From an uncultured Actinomycetota bacterium (GTDB lineage: Bacteria; Actinomycetota; Actinomycetes; JACCUZ01): DNA of 64,000 bases. Positions within the stretch are counted from its first letter, which is position 1, and every line of letters starts with the position of its first letter. The stretch covers positions 72,615 to 136,614 of the forward strand of contig CAWHJC010000003.1 in assembly GCA_963829565.1 (NCBI GenBank), read 5' to 3'. The position numbers and the translations under genes were made by a program. Below are positions 46,364 to 60,744 of this stretch, in pieces. The notes beneath the pieces were generated by a model, which searched no databases, was not told the origin of the DNA, and saw only the letters and a list, made by a program, of their open reading frames with translations.

Positions 46364-47889
46364 TCAGGTGCAGCGTTCGACGACGAGCTCGCGGACCCGC
46401 GCCGCGTCGGCCTTCCCGCCGGTCGCCTTCATCACGGCGCCGACGATGGCCCCGGCGGCGGCGACCTTGCCGCCGCGGATCTTCTCGGCCACGTCCGGGT
46501 TGGCGGCGAGCGCCTCGTCCACGGCGGTGACCAGCGCGCCGTCGTCGCTCACGACCGCCAGCTCGCGCGCGGCGACGACCTCGTCGGGCTCGCCTTCGCC
46601 GGCCAGGACGCCCTCGATGACCTGCCGCGCCAGCTTGTCGTTGAGGGTGCCGTCCGCGACCAGGGCGACCATCCTCGCCACCTGGGCGGGGGTCATCGGC
46701 AGCGAGGCCACGTCGATGCCGCGCTCGTTGGCGTGCCGGGCCAGCTCGCCCGTCCACCACTTGCGGGCCGCGTCCTGCGGCGCGCCGGCGGCGACCGTCT
46801 CCTCCACGAGGTCGAGCGCGCCGGCGTTGACCAGCGACTGCATCTCGAAGTCGGTCAGCGCCCACTCGGCCTGCAGCTCGCGACGCCGCTCCCAGGGCGG
46901 CGGCGGCAGCTCGGCCCGCAGGCGCTCGACCCAGGCGGGGTCCGGCGCGACGGGCACGAGATCCGGCTCCGGGAAGTAGCGGTAGTCCTCGGCCTGCTCC
47001 TTGGACCGGCCAGGCGTCGTGACACCGGTGTCCTCGTGCCAGTGCCGGGTCTCCTGCACCACGCGCTGCCCGGCGGCCAGCCGCGCTGCCTGCCGCGAGA
47101 TCTCGTGGCGCACCGCACGTTCGACCGAGCGCAGCGAGTTGACGTTCTTGGTCTCCGACCGGGTGCCCAGCGGGTCGGCCGGGACTCCGCCGCAGCGAGA
47201 CGTTGGCGTCGCAGCGGAGGGAGCCCTGCTCCATGCGTACGTCGGAGACGCCGAGGTTGCGCATCACCTCGCGCAGGGCCGTGACGTAGGCGCGGGCCAC
47301 CTCGGGCGCCAGCGCGCCGGTGCCCTCGACCGGCCGGGTGACGATCTCGATCAACGGGATGCCGGCCCGGTTGTAGTCGACCAGGGAGTAGTCGGCGCCG
47401 TGGATGCGACCGGTCGACCCGCCGACGTGCAGCGACTTCCCGGTGTCCTCCTCCATGTGGACCCGCTCGATCTCGACCCGGACCGTGCGCGTGCCGTCTG
47501 CCGTCGGGACCTCGACGTCGAGGTGCCCGTCGATGCAGATCGGCTCGTCGTACTGCGAGGTCTGGAAGTTCTTCGGCATGTCCGGGTAGAAGTAGTTCTT
47601 CCGCGCGAAGCGGCACCACGGCGCGATGTCGCAGCCGAGCGCCAGCCCCACGCGGACCGTCGACTCCACCGCCACCGCGTTGAGCACCGGCAGCGCCCCC
47701 GGCAGCCCGAGGCAGGTCGGGCACACCTGGCTGTTGGGAGCGGCGCCGAACGTCGGTCGAGCAGCCGCAGAACATCTTCGAGGCCGTGCCGAGCTCGACG
47801 TGCACCTCGAGCCCGATGACCGGGTCGAAGGCCGCTACCGCCTCGTCGTAGTCCATCAGCTCCGGCGCGAGCGCGGACCCTGCCGTCAT
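46364..47889 (-). CDS. gatB: Asp-tRNA(Asn)/Glu-tRNA(Gln) amidotransferase subunit B, with at least two frameshifts
   Basis: N-terminus ([22 protein letters not shown]) in the 47889 frame, the middle ([15 protein letters not shown]...) in the 47726 frame, and the C-terminus ([12 protein letters not shown]...GatB/YqeY domain) in the 47113 frame. Confidence 0.9.
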
Positions 47890-48080
47890 GCCTCGTCCTC
47901 GCCCCGGCGGAGTCGCCGGATGATGATGATCGTGCCGGTGACCAGGACGACGGCGTTGAGCACGGCGTCGACGAGCTCCAGGCGGTCGCCGTCCTCACGC
48001 GCCTGCCGGAGCCGGGACAGGGCGGTCCGGCCGGCCATCACAGTGCTCACGAACGTGATGACGGACTTGATGTTCTTCAC
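47886..48080 (-). CDS. small membrane protein between gatA and gatB (64 aa)
   Basis: [64 protein letters not shown] with one transmembrane helix. Its GTG overlaps the gatA TGA, and its TGA overlaps the gatB ATG. Confidence 0.5.
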   Translation of the reverse strand: MKNIKSVITFVSTVMAGRTALSRLRQAREDGDRLELVDAVLNAVVLVTGTIIIIRRLRRGEDEA

Positions 48081-49599
48081 AGCACTGCCTCCGTGGTGGC
48101 CGGGATCTCGGGTGCCTCGTCGATGAGCAGGTGGCCCCATCGGTCGGCCAGGGCGCCCTCGAGCGCGGCGCCCACGCGGTAGAGCCGCTCGTCGGCGAGC
48201 GGCGGCGCGATGACCTGGAAGCCCGACCGGCAGGCCGTCCTCGGGGGCCAGTCCGGCCGGCACCGACATCGACGCGTTGCCGGCCAGGTTCGACGGGATC
48301 GTGCACAGGTCGGCGAGGTACATCGCGAGCGGGTCGTCCACCCGCTCGCCGAGCCGGAACGCCGTCGTCGGGGTCGTCGGCGACACCAGCACGTCGGCCT
48401 GCTCGAAGGCGCGCTCGAAGTCGCGCACGATCAGCGTCCGGACCTTCTGGGCCTGCCCGTAGTAGGCGTCGTAGTAGCCGCTGGACAGCGCGTAGGTGCC
48501 CGAGCATGATGCGCCGCTTCGACCTCCGGGCCGAAGCCCGCGTCGCGGGTGAGCGCCATGACGTCCTCGGCGCTGGCCTGCGCCGTCGTCGCCGACCCGC
48601 AGCCCGTAGCGCATCCCGTCGAAGCGGGCCAGGTTGGACGATGCCTCGCTCGGCAGGATCAGGTAGTAGGCCGGCAGCGCGTAGTCGAAGCGCGGGGCAG
48701 TCGACCTCGACGACCGTCGCGCCGAGCCCCTCGAGCAGCGCCACCGACTCGTGGAACGCGCTGCTCCACACCCGCCTGGTAGCCCTCGCCGGAGAACTGC
48801 CGGACGACACCGATGCGCATGCCGCGCACGTCGGCCGGCCGGGCCGCCGCGACCACGTCCGGGACGGACTGGTCGATCGAGGTGGAGTCGAGCGGGTCGT
48901 GACCGGCGATGACGGAGTGCAGCAGCGCCGCGTCGAGGACGGTGCGGGCGCAGGGACCGGCCTGGTCGAGCGAGGACGCGAGAGCGACCAGTCCGTAGCG
49001 CGACACGCCGCCGTAGGTCGGCTTGACGCCGACCGTCCCGGTGACGGCCGCCGGCTGGCGGATCGAGCCGCCGGTGTCGGTGCCCACCGCGAGCGGGGCC
49101 TCGAACGCCGCGACCGCGGCGGCGGAGCCGCCGCCGGACCCTCCCGGGATGCGGTCGAGGTCCCACGGGTTGTGGGTCGGCCCGAACGCCGAGTGCTCGG
49201 TCGAGGACCCCATGGCGAACTCGTCCATGTTGGTCTTGCCGAGCACCACCAGGCCGGCCTCGCGCACGCCGGCGGGCCACCGTGGCGTCGTACGGCGGGA
49301 CGCCACCCCTCCAGGATGCGGGACCCGCAGGTGGTCGGCATGCCCTTGGTGGCGATGACGTCCTTGAGCGCGAGCGGTACGCCGGCGAGCGGACCGAGCC
49401 GGTCGCCCGCGGCGCGCTGAGCATCGACCCGGCGGGCGGTCTCGCGGGCGGCGTCCTCGTCGACGTGCAGGAACGCGTGCACGGCCGGGTCGACCGCCGC
49501 GGATGCGGGCCAGATGGGCGTCGGTGACCTCCACGGCGCTGGCCTCGCCGCTCGCGATGACCTCCGCCGTCTCGGCCGCGGTCAGCCGGGTCAGGTCGC

Positions 49600-49603
<4 letters not shown>
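48077..49603 (-). CDS. gatA: glutamyl-tRNA(Gln) amidotransferase subunit A, with at least three frameshifts
   Basis: Amidase-signature enzyme ([27 protein letters not shown]-like) found across frames 49603 / 49482 / 49603 / 49424. The true C-terminus ATTEAVL* ends at 48077. Confidence 0.9.
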
Positions 49604-52021
<2,418 letters not shown>

Positions 52022-53013
52022 TCATCCCTCCGGGTCGTCAGCGAGCTGGCTGGCCGCCGCCGCGGCGAGGCGCAGCGCGGCCACGGCGTGACCGGGGTCG
52101 GCTCCGGCCATGCCGCACGTCGGCGTCACGACCACTCGCCGCAGCGCCTCGGGGTCGAGACCGAGCCGGTGCCAGAGCCGTCGCAACGGCTCGACCGTAC
52201 CCGCCGGGTCGGACACCGCGTGGCGGCGGACCGCACCGCCGGCACGACGCCGGCGAGCAGCGCGACACCCGCCTCGACCGCGACGCCGAGCTCGTCGCCG
52301 AGGCCGTCACCGAGGTCCCGCGGCAGGACCGTGACGTCCAGCGACAGGCCGTGCACGCCGGCGCGGTGCAGCAGCCCCACGGGTGGGCGGTCGGCGCAGC
52401 AGTGCACGACGACCGGGACCCGCAGCGCCTCGACCGTGCCGCGCAGCACGTCCTCGGCCGTCGTGGTCGGGACCGGCCGGAAGGCCCGGGCTCCCGAGCT
52501 GGACAGCACGCCGCCGGCGAGGACGGCCGGCAGGGACGGCTCGTCGAGCTGCAGCACCAGCTCGGCGCCGGGCATCCTGCGGCGTACGTCGGCGAGGTGG
52601 CCCAGCAGGCCCTCGGTCAGCGAGGCCACCAGGTCGCGGACTGCGCCGGGGTCGGACAGCACCGGCTCGCCGCGGGTCACCCGCAGCGCGGCGGCCAGCG
52701 TCCACGGGCCGCAGACCTGCACCTTGACCGGGCTGACGACGCCCTGGCAGACGGCCTCCATCTCGTCCAGGTCCTGCGCGAGGAACGACCGGGCCCGCCG
52801 CTCGTCGCCGCTCGGCCGGTCCACCAGCCGCCAGCCCGACGGCTGCAGGTCGACGTGCAGGTCGACGAGCAGCGCGGCGGCCCGGCCGACCAGGTCGGCC
52901 CCCGGTCCCCGGGCCGGCAGCTCCGGCAGGTGGGGCAGCCGCGGCGCCTCCGCCGTGACGACCGCGACCGCCTCCCGCGGGTCGGTGCCGGGCATCGAGC
53001 CCACGCCGGTCGA
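52022..53013 (-). CDS. methionine synthase II (cobalamin-independent)-like protein (Rv3015c-like), with a frameshift near 52200
   Basis: UROD/MetE-fold sequence (VKVQVCGPWTLAA...VHCCA...). The true C-terminus (VVVTPTCGMAGADPGHAVAALRLAAAA...) is in the 52216 frame and ends 1 nt before ligA. Start is approximate. Confidence 0.6.
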
Positions 53014-53057
53014 CCAGCCGGTCCCGGGCCGGAAGGCCGTCGGCTCCGGCAGCCGGT

Positions 53058-53550
53058 TCAGTACTCGACACGGTCCGCCGTCGCCAGCCACGCCTCGAAC
53101 GGTCCGGTGGCGCCGACGACCGGCTCCTGGCGTACCGGCAGCTCCCAGTCCTCGCGCGGCCGGTCGAACAGCTCGTAGAAGACCAGGTCGTCGAAGCCGC
53201 CGCGCGCCGCGTCGTGCCGGTCGGCCGCGTAGACCACGCCGTCCACTCGCGCCCACAGCGCTGCCGAGAGGCAGAGCGGGCACGGCTCGCAGGAGCTGAC
53301 GAGCACCGTCGACCGGAGGACGTGGGTGCCCAGCGCCGTGCACGCCGCGCGGATCGCGACGACCTCGGCGTGCGCGGTGGGGTCGAGGTCGCGGGTCACC
53401 CGGTTGACCCCCGTCGCCACGACCTCGTCGCCGCGGACGACCATGGCGGCGAAGGGGCCCCCGCCGTCGGCCACGTTGCGCGTCGCCCGCTCGACCACCT
53501 CGGCCAGCCGTCTCCGCGCCGCGTTCGGGTCGAGCTCGGTGTGCGTCGAC
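53058..53550 (-). CDS. CMP/dCMP-type zinc deaminase (nucleoside/tRNA deaminase family)
   Basis: GTG start. [10 protein letters not shown]...SCEPCPMC zinc-binding motifs (HAE, PCxxC). Confidence 0.7.
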
Positions 53551-53557
53551 ACGGGCC

Positions 53558-54669
53558 CTACACCGCCGTGGTGTCGATGGTCGCCGAGCCGAGCACCGTC
53601 TCGCCGTCGTAGAGCACGACCGCCTGCCCCGGCGCCACGCCGCGCAGCGGGTCCTCGAGCGTCGACCACGAGCGACCCGCCGTCGAGCCGCGCCACGGCG
53701 GGCACCGCCTCGCCGTGGGCGCGGACCTGGGCGAGGCACGCGGTGGGTACGTCGGGAGGCGCCCCGGTCCACACCGGCCGGACGCCGGTGAGTCGGGTGA
53801 CGTCGAGCATCTCCGCGGCACCCACGGTCACCGTGCTGGTCACCGGCGAGACGTCGAGCACGTAGCGCGGCCTGCCGTCCGGTGCCGGCCGGCCGATGCG
53901 CAGGCCCCTGCGCTGCCCGACGGTGAAGGCGAACGCACCGTCGTGCGACCCGACCTCCACCCCGTCGCTGTCGACGATCCGCCCGGGAGCAGCACCGAGG
54001 CGCTCGCGCAGGAAGCCGGCCGTGTCACCGTCGGAGACGAAGCAGATGTCGTGGCTGTCCGGCTTGTCGGCGACGGCCAGACCGCGGTCGTCGGCCTCCC
54101 GTCGCACGTCCGCCTTCAGCGACTCACCGAGCGGGAACATCGCGTGGCGCAGCTGGTGCGACGTGAGCACACCGAGCACGTAGGACTGGTCCTTCGCCGG
54201 GTCGGCGGCCCGCAGCAGCCGGCCGTCGACGACGCGCGCGTAGTGGCCGGTGCACACGGCGTCGAAGCCGAGCGCGAGCGCCTTGTCGAGCACGGCCGAG
54301 AACTTGATCTTCTCGTTGCACCGCAGGCAGGGATTGGGAGTCCGGCCGGCGGCGTACTCCGCGACGAAGTCGTCGACGACGTCCTGCCGGAACCGCTCGG
54401 CGAGGTCCCACAGGTAGAACGGGATGCCGATGACGTCGGCCGCGCGGCGCGGCGTCGCGAGCGTCCTCCTTGGTGCAGCAGCCCCGCGCGCCGCTGCGGA
54501 AGGACTTCGGGTTGGCCGACAGGGCGAGGTGCACTCCCGTGACCTCGTGGCCGGCGTCGACCGCGCGGGCCGCAGCGACGGCCGAGTCGACCCCGCCGGA
54601 CATCGCCGCGAGGACCTCACCGGGGTCCCGCGAGGTCGTGAGGAACGAGCGACGTCGTGGGGTGGTCAT
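53558..54669 (-). CDS. mnmA: tRNA-specific 2-thiouridylase, with at least two frameshifts
   Basis: PP-loop [12 protein letters not shown] in the 54876 frame, the middle ([12 protein letters not shown]...NPCLRCN) in the 54620 frame, and the C-terminus ([22 protein letters not shown]) in the 53821 frame. Its ATG overlaps the iscS TGA. Confidence 0.85.
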
Positions 54670-55884
54670 GGGCGTACGCCGTTCTGGCCCGCCCGTCTGG
54701 CCCGCTCCACGACCGGGCCGATCGCGTCGACCACGGCGTCGACATCGGCCTGGGTGGAGGTGTGGCCGAGCGAGAACCGGAGCGAGCCGCGGGCCAGCGT
54801 CTCGGGGACGCCCATGGCGAGCAGCACGTGGCTCGGCTGCGGCACGCCGGCGGAGCAGGCCGACCCGGTGGAGCACTCGATGCCACGGGCGTCGAGGAGC
54901 AGCAGCAGCGCGTCACCCTCGCAGCCCGGGAAGGAGAAGTGGGCGTTGCCGGGCAGCCGGTGGTCGGCCGTCAGAACGGGGTCTCCGCCGAGGACGGTGC
55001 CGGGGACGACGTCGAGCACCCGGCGGACGAGGTCGTCGCGCAGACCGGCGACGCGCTCCGCGTGCTCGGCGCGGCGCTTGACGGCCACCTCGGCCGCGGC
55101 GGCCAGTCCCACGATGGCGGGGGTGTCGAGCGTTCCGGACCGGACGTCACGCTCCTGGCCGCCGCCGTGCAGCACCGGGACCAGGTCGACGGTGCGGCCG
55201 AGCACGAGCACGCCGACACCGAGCGGTCCACCGATCTTGTGACCGGTCACCGTCATCGCGTCGAGTCCGCTGGCCGCGAAGTCGACCGGCAGTGCTCCGA
55301 AGGCCTGCACCGCGTCGGAGTGGAACGGCACGCCGTCGGCCGACGCGACCGCGACCAGCTCGTCGACGGGCTGGACGGTGCCGACCTCGTTGTTCGCCCA
55401 CATGACGGTGACCAGGGCGACCGATGCCGGGTCGGCCGCGATCGCGGCCTCGAGCGTCGACGGCTGCACCCGACCGGTGGCGTCGACCGGCAGCCACTCG
55501 ACGACCGCGCCCTCGTGCTCGGCCAGCCAGAGGACGGCGTCCATCACGGCGTGGTGCTCGACGGCGCTCGCCAGGATGCGCCGACGTCCCGGCGTCCTCG
55601 CTGCGGCGCTGCCAGAACATCCCCTTGACCGCGAGGTTGTCCGACTCGGTGCCGCCACCGGTGAACAGCACCTCGCTCGGGCGGGCACCCAGCGCAGCGG
55701 CCAGCGTCTCGCGCGCCTCCTCGACCAGGCGCCGCGCGGCGCGGCCGGACGCGTGCAGCGAGGACGGGTTGCCGACCTCGCCGAGCCGCGCCGCCATCGC
55801 CTCGACCGCCTCGGGGACCATCGGCGTGGTCGCCGCGTGGTCGAGGTAGACGCGGTGGGCACCGCCGCGGGGGCTCTCAGTCAT
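54666..55884 (-). CDS. iscS: cysteine desulfurase (IscS/NifS family), with a frameshift near 55590
   Basis: N-terminus ([15 protein letters not shown]) in the 55884 frame. The body carries the PLP-lysine motif ([14 protein letters not shown]) and the active-site Cys ([10 protein letters not shown]). Confidence 0.85.
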
Positions 55885-55926
55885 CGCCGCAGGAGTCTAC
55901 GTCGCGACCGGACCGGTCCCCGCGGG

Positions 55927-56892
55927 TCAGCCCTTGCGCGCCTGCACCTTCTCGGTGAGCGCGGGCAGGACCTTGTGCAGGTCGCCGACGACGCCGAAGT
56001 CGACCAGCTCGAAGATCGGTGCCTCGGGGTCCTTGTTGACGGCCACGATCGTCTTGGACGTCTGCATGCCGGCCCGGTGCTGGATGGCGCCCGAGATGCC
56101 GGCGGCGACGTAGAGCTGCGGGCTGACCGTCTTGCCGGTCTGGCCGACCTGGTGCTGGTGGGGGTACCAGCCGGCGTCGGTCGCCGCGCGGGACGCGCCG
56201 ACCGCCGCGCCGAGGGCGTCGGCGAGGGCCTCGATGACCGAGAAGTTCTCGCCGGAGCCGACGCCGCGGCCGCCGGACACGACGATCGCGGCCTCGGACA
56301 GCTCCGGGCGCTCGCCCTTCTCCTCCACGACCCGGTCGGTGATCCTGGCGCCCTTGGCGGCGTCGGACAGCTCGACCGTCACGTCGACCCGCTCGGCGGC
56401 GGCCGCGTTCTGCTCGGGCGCGACCGAGTTCGGCCGCACGGTGACGATCGGGGTGCCCCTGCGTCACCGCCGACCGCACGATCGGTCGACCCGCCGAACA
56501 CCTGCTGCTCGGCGAGCACCTTGCCGGCGTCGGAGGAGAGGTCGGTGGCGTCGGTGAGGACGCCCGACCCGGTCTTGAGGGCCAGCCGGGCCGCGATCTC
56601 CTTGCCCTCCGCGGAGGAGGCGAGCAGCACCGCGGCGGGCGAGCCCTCCGCCACCAGCTGGGCGAGCACCTCGGCGACCGGCGCCACCAGGTGCGTCGGC
56701 CAGGTCAGCACCCTCGGCGACGTACACCTTCGTCGCGCCGTGCGCGGCGAGGGTCTCCTTCGCGGCGTCGTAGCCGGAGCCGACGAGCACCGCCGCGGGC
56801 TCGCCCAGCCGGGCGGCCAGCGTCAGCAGCTCGGACGTGACCTTCTTGACCTCGCCGTCGGTGTGCTCGACGAGAACCAGGACCTCAGTCAT
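55927..56892 (-). CDS. etfA: electron transfer flavoprotein alpha subunit (FixB), with at least two frameshifts
   Basis: N-terminal domain ([10 protein letters not shown]) in the 56892 frame, the middle in the 56711 frame, and the FAD-binding C-terminus ([30 protein letters not shown]) in the 56439 frame. Confidence 0.85.
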
Positions 56893-56913
56893 GTGGTGTG
56901 CCAGCCCTTCTCA

Positions 56914-57695
56914 GACGAACTTCTTGGACGCGAGGAACTCGACGAGCTTGTCCGCTCCGTCGCCGCCCTCGTCCGTGACGACGGTCCCGGCCTGACGCGG
57001 CGGGGCGGTCTCGAACGACTCGACGCGCTCCACGCGCCGCCGAGGCCCACCTCGCCGGCGTCGATGCCGAGGTCGCCCAGACCGAGGCTCTCCACCGGCT
57101 TCTTCTTCGCGGCCATGATCCCCTTGAACGACGGGTAGCGCGGCTCGTTGATCTTCTCGACGACGCTCACCACCGCCGGCAGCGACGCCTCGACGGCCTG
57201 GTAGCCGTCATCGGTGAGTCGCTTGATGCTCACCGTGCCGTCGCCGACGGTCACCTCCTTGGCGAAGGTGAGCTGCGGCAGGCCCAGCCGTTCGGCGAGC
57301 ATCGCCGGCACCACGCTCATCCGCGCGTCCGAGGACTCCGAGCCGAGCAGGATCAGGTCGAACGGTCCGGAGTGCTCGATGGCCTTCGCCAGAGCCAGCG
57401 ACGTGGCGACGGCGTCCGAGCCGTGCAGCGCGGCGTCCACGACGTGCACCGCCTTGTCGGCGCCCATCGACAGCGCCTTGCGCACCGTCTCGGTCGCCGC
57501 GTCCGGGCCCATGCACAGGATGGTCACCTCGCCGCCCTGCGCCTCCTGGATGGTCAGCGCCTCCTCGACGGCGTACTCGTCCATCTCGTTCATCACCGGG
57601 TCGGTGGCAGCCCGGTCCAGCGTCGAGTCCGACGGGTCCAGCTTCTTCTCCGACCAGGTGTCGGGCACCTGCTTGACACAGACGACGATGTTCAT
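56914..57695 (-). CDS. etfB: electron transfer flavoprotein beta subunit (FixA), with a frameshift near 57050
   Basis: MNIVVCVKQVPDT start. The true C-terminus (...DKLVEFLASKKFV*) is in another frame, consistent with one missing G. Confidence 0.85.
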
Positions 57696-58270
57696 GCGGC
57701 TGCCGCTCTCCTACCGTGACGGGAAACTGGCGCTCACCCTGCCAGTCGAACGGGCTCGGCTGACCCGCGGGTGCGGTCTGGCCAATATGTTACCCGCCAG
57801 TAGCATCGGGCGCGAAACGCGGGGGGGTCAGGTCGGGCGGACTCCGAACCCCCTCAACCGTGGCCAAAACGGGCTATGGATTCCGCCGTTCGTCGGGAGC
57901 AGACTGACTGCGCCCGGGCTGGCGTGGGAGGGCTCGCCAACCTGGAGGGACGGCTCTGCAGCGCGATGGGCCGTCACGCGAGGACCTCGGCCGCTGGGGG
58001 GATTCAGCGGCCCGGGTCCTCGCTTCCTGTGGCTTTCTTCCGGGACTTCCTGTCCGGCGGCCCGCCGACGCCCGGGGGGGTGGACGCCGCGGGCCTGGCC
58101 CCGGTGTCCTTGGGGGGGAGAAGGTTCCCGGGGTTGCCCCCCAACGTGCGCTGGAACCCACCTCCGGTCGATCATCGGACCCGGTCAATCGATATTGGGG
58201 CCCGCTCCGTAGCGTCGGGAGCGCCCGCGGGTAGACCCGAGGGTCGTCGGCTCGCACCGGAGGCGCACAG

Positions 58271-59023
58271 GTGACGCTCCCAGCTCGTCGCCAGGTCCAC
58301 GAACCCGCGGGGCTGCGTCTCACCGGTGAGCGGACGCTGCCCGGGATCTGGCACGAGAACTACTGGTTCCGCCGGCACGAGGCGGCCTACCGCTGGGTTG
58401 CCCGCGACCTCGACGTGAGTGGCACGTTCTGGAAGCAGGTGTCGGCGAGGGGTACGGCGGCCGGCTGCTCGCCGACGCCGGCGCCTCGACCGTGCTGGGC
58501 CTCGACCTCGACCAGCCGAGCCTGCAGCATGTGGGTCGCCATCACGGAGCGGTGCTGCCGGTGCGCGCCAACCTGGTGCATCTTCCCGGTCCGCGACGGC
58601 GTGGTCGACCTGGTCGTCAGCGCGCAGACGGTCGAGCACCTGTGGGACCAGGAGGGCTTCCTCCGGGAGTGCGCCCGGGTGCTGCGGCCCGGCGGCCGGC
58701 TGGTCCTCACCACGCCCAACCGGGCGACATTCCCGCCGGGCAACCCCTTCCACAGCCGCGAGCTCGATGCCGGCGAGCTCGCCGGGCTCCTCCCGTCGTC
58801 GCTGCGCCTCGTCAGCCTCCTCGGCCTGCACCACGGCGACCGGTTGTCCGACGCGGACCGGCGGGTCGGCGGGCTGGTGGCGGCGCAGCTGCGCGAGACC
58901 CACGGCGAGTGGGACGACGAGCTGCGCGCGACGGTCGCGGCCACGACGGCGCGGGACTTCGCCGTCGGCCCGGTCGCCCGCTGCCTCGACCTGCTCCTCG
59001 TCGCCACCCGGCGCCGCGCATGA
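58271..59023 (+). CDS. SAM-dependent methyltransferase (Rv3030-like, MGLP-type), with two frameshifts
   Basis: Class I methyltransferase motifs (VLEAGVGEGYGG, RVLRPGGRLVL) are in frames 58271 -> 58492 -> 58271. Its stop overlaps the GH57 start (ATGA). Confidence 0.7.
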   Translation: MTLPARRQVHEPAGLRLTGERTLPGIWHENYWFRRHEAAYRWVARDLDVSGTFWKQVSARGTAAGCSPTPAPRPCWASTSTSRACSMWVAITERCCRCAPTWCIFPVRDGVVDLVVSAQTVEHLWDQEGFLRECARVLRPGGRLVLTTPNRATFPPGNPFHSRELDAGELAGLLPSSLRLVSLLGLHHGDRLSDADRRVGGLVAAQLRETHGEWDDELRATVAATTARDFAVGPVARCLDLLLVATRRRA

Positions 59024-60582
59024 CCCGCGACCCCATCGGCACCCTCAGCGTCGTGCTGCACACGCACCTCCCGTGGGTCGCAGGTCACGGCACCTGGCCG
59101 GTGGGCGAGGAGTGGCTGCACCAGGCATGGTCGGCGTCCTACCTCCCGCTGCTCGAGGTGCTGCACGACCTCGCCGACGAGGGCCGCCGCGACCTGCTCA
59201 CCCTCGGCCTCACGCCGGTCCTGTCCGCGCAGCTGGACGACCCGACCTGCCTGCGCGAGCACCACCAGTGGCTCGGCCGGTGGCGGCTGCGGGCCGAGGA
59301 GCTGGCCGGCCGACGCGGCGCCGGCCGGGATCTTCGCGACCTCGCGACCCACGAGTTCCGCGCCGCCGGCCGGGCCCTCGACACGCTTCGAGCACCGGTG
59401 GCGGAACGGCGGGTCGGCCGCCCTCCGGCCCGTGGTCGATGCGGGGACGGTCGAGCTTCTCGGCGGTCCGGCGACCCACCCGGTGCTGCCGCTGCTGCCC
59501 GACCCGCTCGCCCGGCTGGCCGTGGCCAGCGGCCTCGATGACGCTGCCGCCCGGCTGGGTCACCGGCCGCGCGGTGTCTGGGCACCCGAGTGCGCGGTCG
59601 CGCCCGGCCTGGAGAGCGTCCTCGCGGCCGCCGGCGTCGAGCACCTGATGGTCGACGAGGCCACCTTGCGCGCCGGCGGAGGCAGCACCGACCGCGCCTG
59701 GGCCTGGGGCGACGTCCTCGTGCTCGGTCGCGACCTGCAGCTGACCGACCGGGTCTGGTCCTCCCGGTCCGGCTTCCCTGCCGGCGCCGACTACCGGGAC
59801 TTCCATCACCTCGACCACCCCAGCGGCTTCCGGACCTCGCGCGTGACCGACCCGGCGAGCCCGCTCAAGGCGCCCTACGACCCGGACGCCGCGGCCGACC
59901 AGGCCCGCCGTGATGCGGTGACGTTCACGGCGGCGGTGCGCGAACGGCTGTCCGGCCGGGCCGCGGCCGGCGAGCAGCCGCTGGCCGTGGTGGCCTGGGA
60001 CACCGAGCTGTTCGGCCACTGGTGGCACGAGGGCCCGCAGTTCCTGGCCGCCGTGCTGCGGATGCTGCCCGAAGCCGGGGTGCGGCTCGCGACGCTCGGC
60101 CAGGTCGCCGCAGAGCAGCGGGACACCGCGAAGCCGGTCGACCTGCCGGTGCGGCTCGTGGGGGCATGGCAAGGACCTTCGGCTGTGGGCGGGCGACGCG
60201 GTCGCGGACCTCGCGCGAGGAGGGCCGCGAGGTCTCGGCCCGGCTCCTCGACGACGTACGCCGGTGCGCTCCCCCGGGATCGGCGCGCGACCCGCGGCTC
60301 GACGACCTGGCCCGCGAGGCGCTGCTCGCCCTGTCCAGCGACTGGGCGTTCATGGTGTCGCGCGACACCGCGGCCGGGTACGCGCGGGACCGGCATGCCG
60401 GGCACGTCGCGGCGCTTCCACCGGGTCGCCGACCGGCTGCCACCGTCGACCGGCTCCGGACGACCGGGCACCGTGTCGTCCCGCACCTCGACGCCCGGAT
60501 GTTGCACCGGCCAGGCATGACGGGCAGGCTGGCTGGGCACAGGAAGGGGGTCCGCCGCCCCTTCGCCGAGGTGACCCCGTGA
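59020..60582 (+). CDS. glycoside hydrolase family 57 protein (alpha-1,4-glucan branching enzyme, Rv3031-like), with frameshifts
   Basis: MTRDPIGTLSVVLHTHLPWV, the GH57 signature, lies across frames 59020 / 59432 / 60022. Confidence 0.8.
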
Positions 60583-60744
60583 GCCGACTGGCCGCCCTGC
60601 TCGTCCTGACCGCCGCCTTCGCGCCCGCTGCCGTGATGGGCGCGCTGCCCGTGGTGGCACCGGTGCTCATCGTGCTGAGCGGGCTGGCCCTGGCCGTGAC
60701 GGCCTTCGAGCGTGAGGCGCCTGAGCCCGTGCTGGTCGAACCCG

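Noticed and set aside
57828-58323. ORFs 57828..58175 (-), 57874..58323 (-) and 57876..58274 (+) in the etfB-methyltransferase spacer
   Set aside because: They show no recognisable domains or ribosome-binding sites and lie in a low-complexity G-run region. They are treated as non-coding or possible gene remnants.
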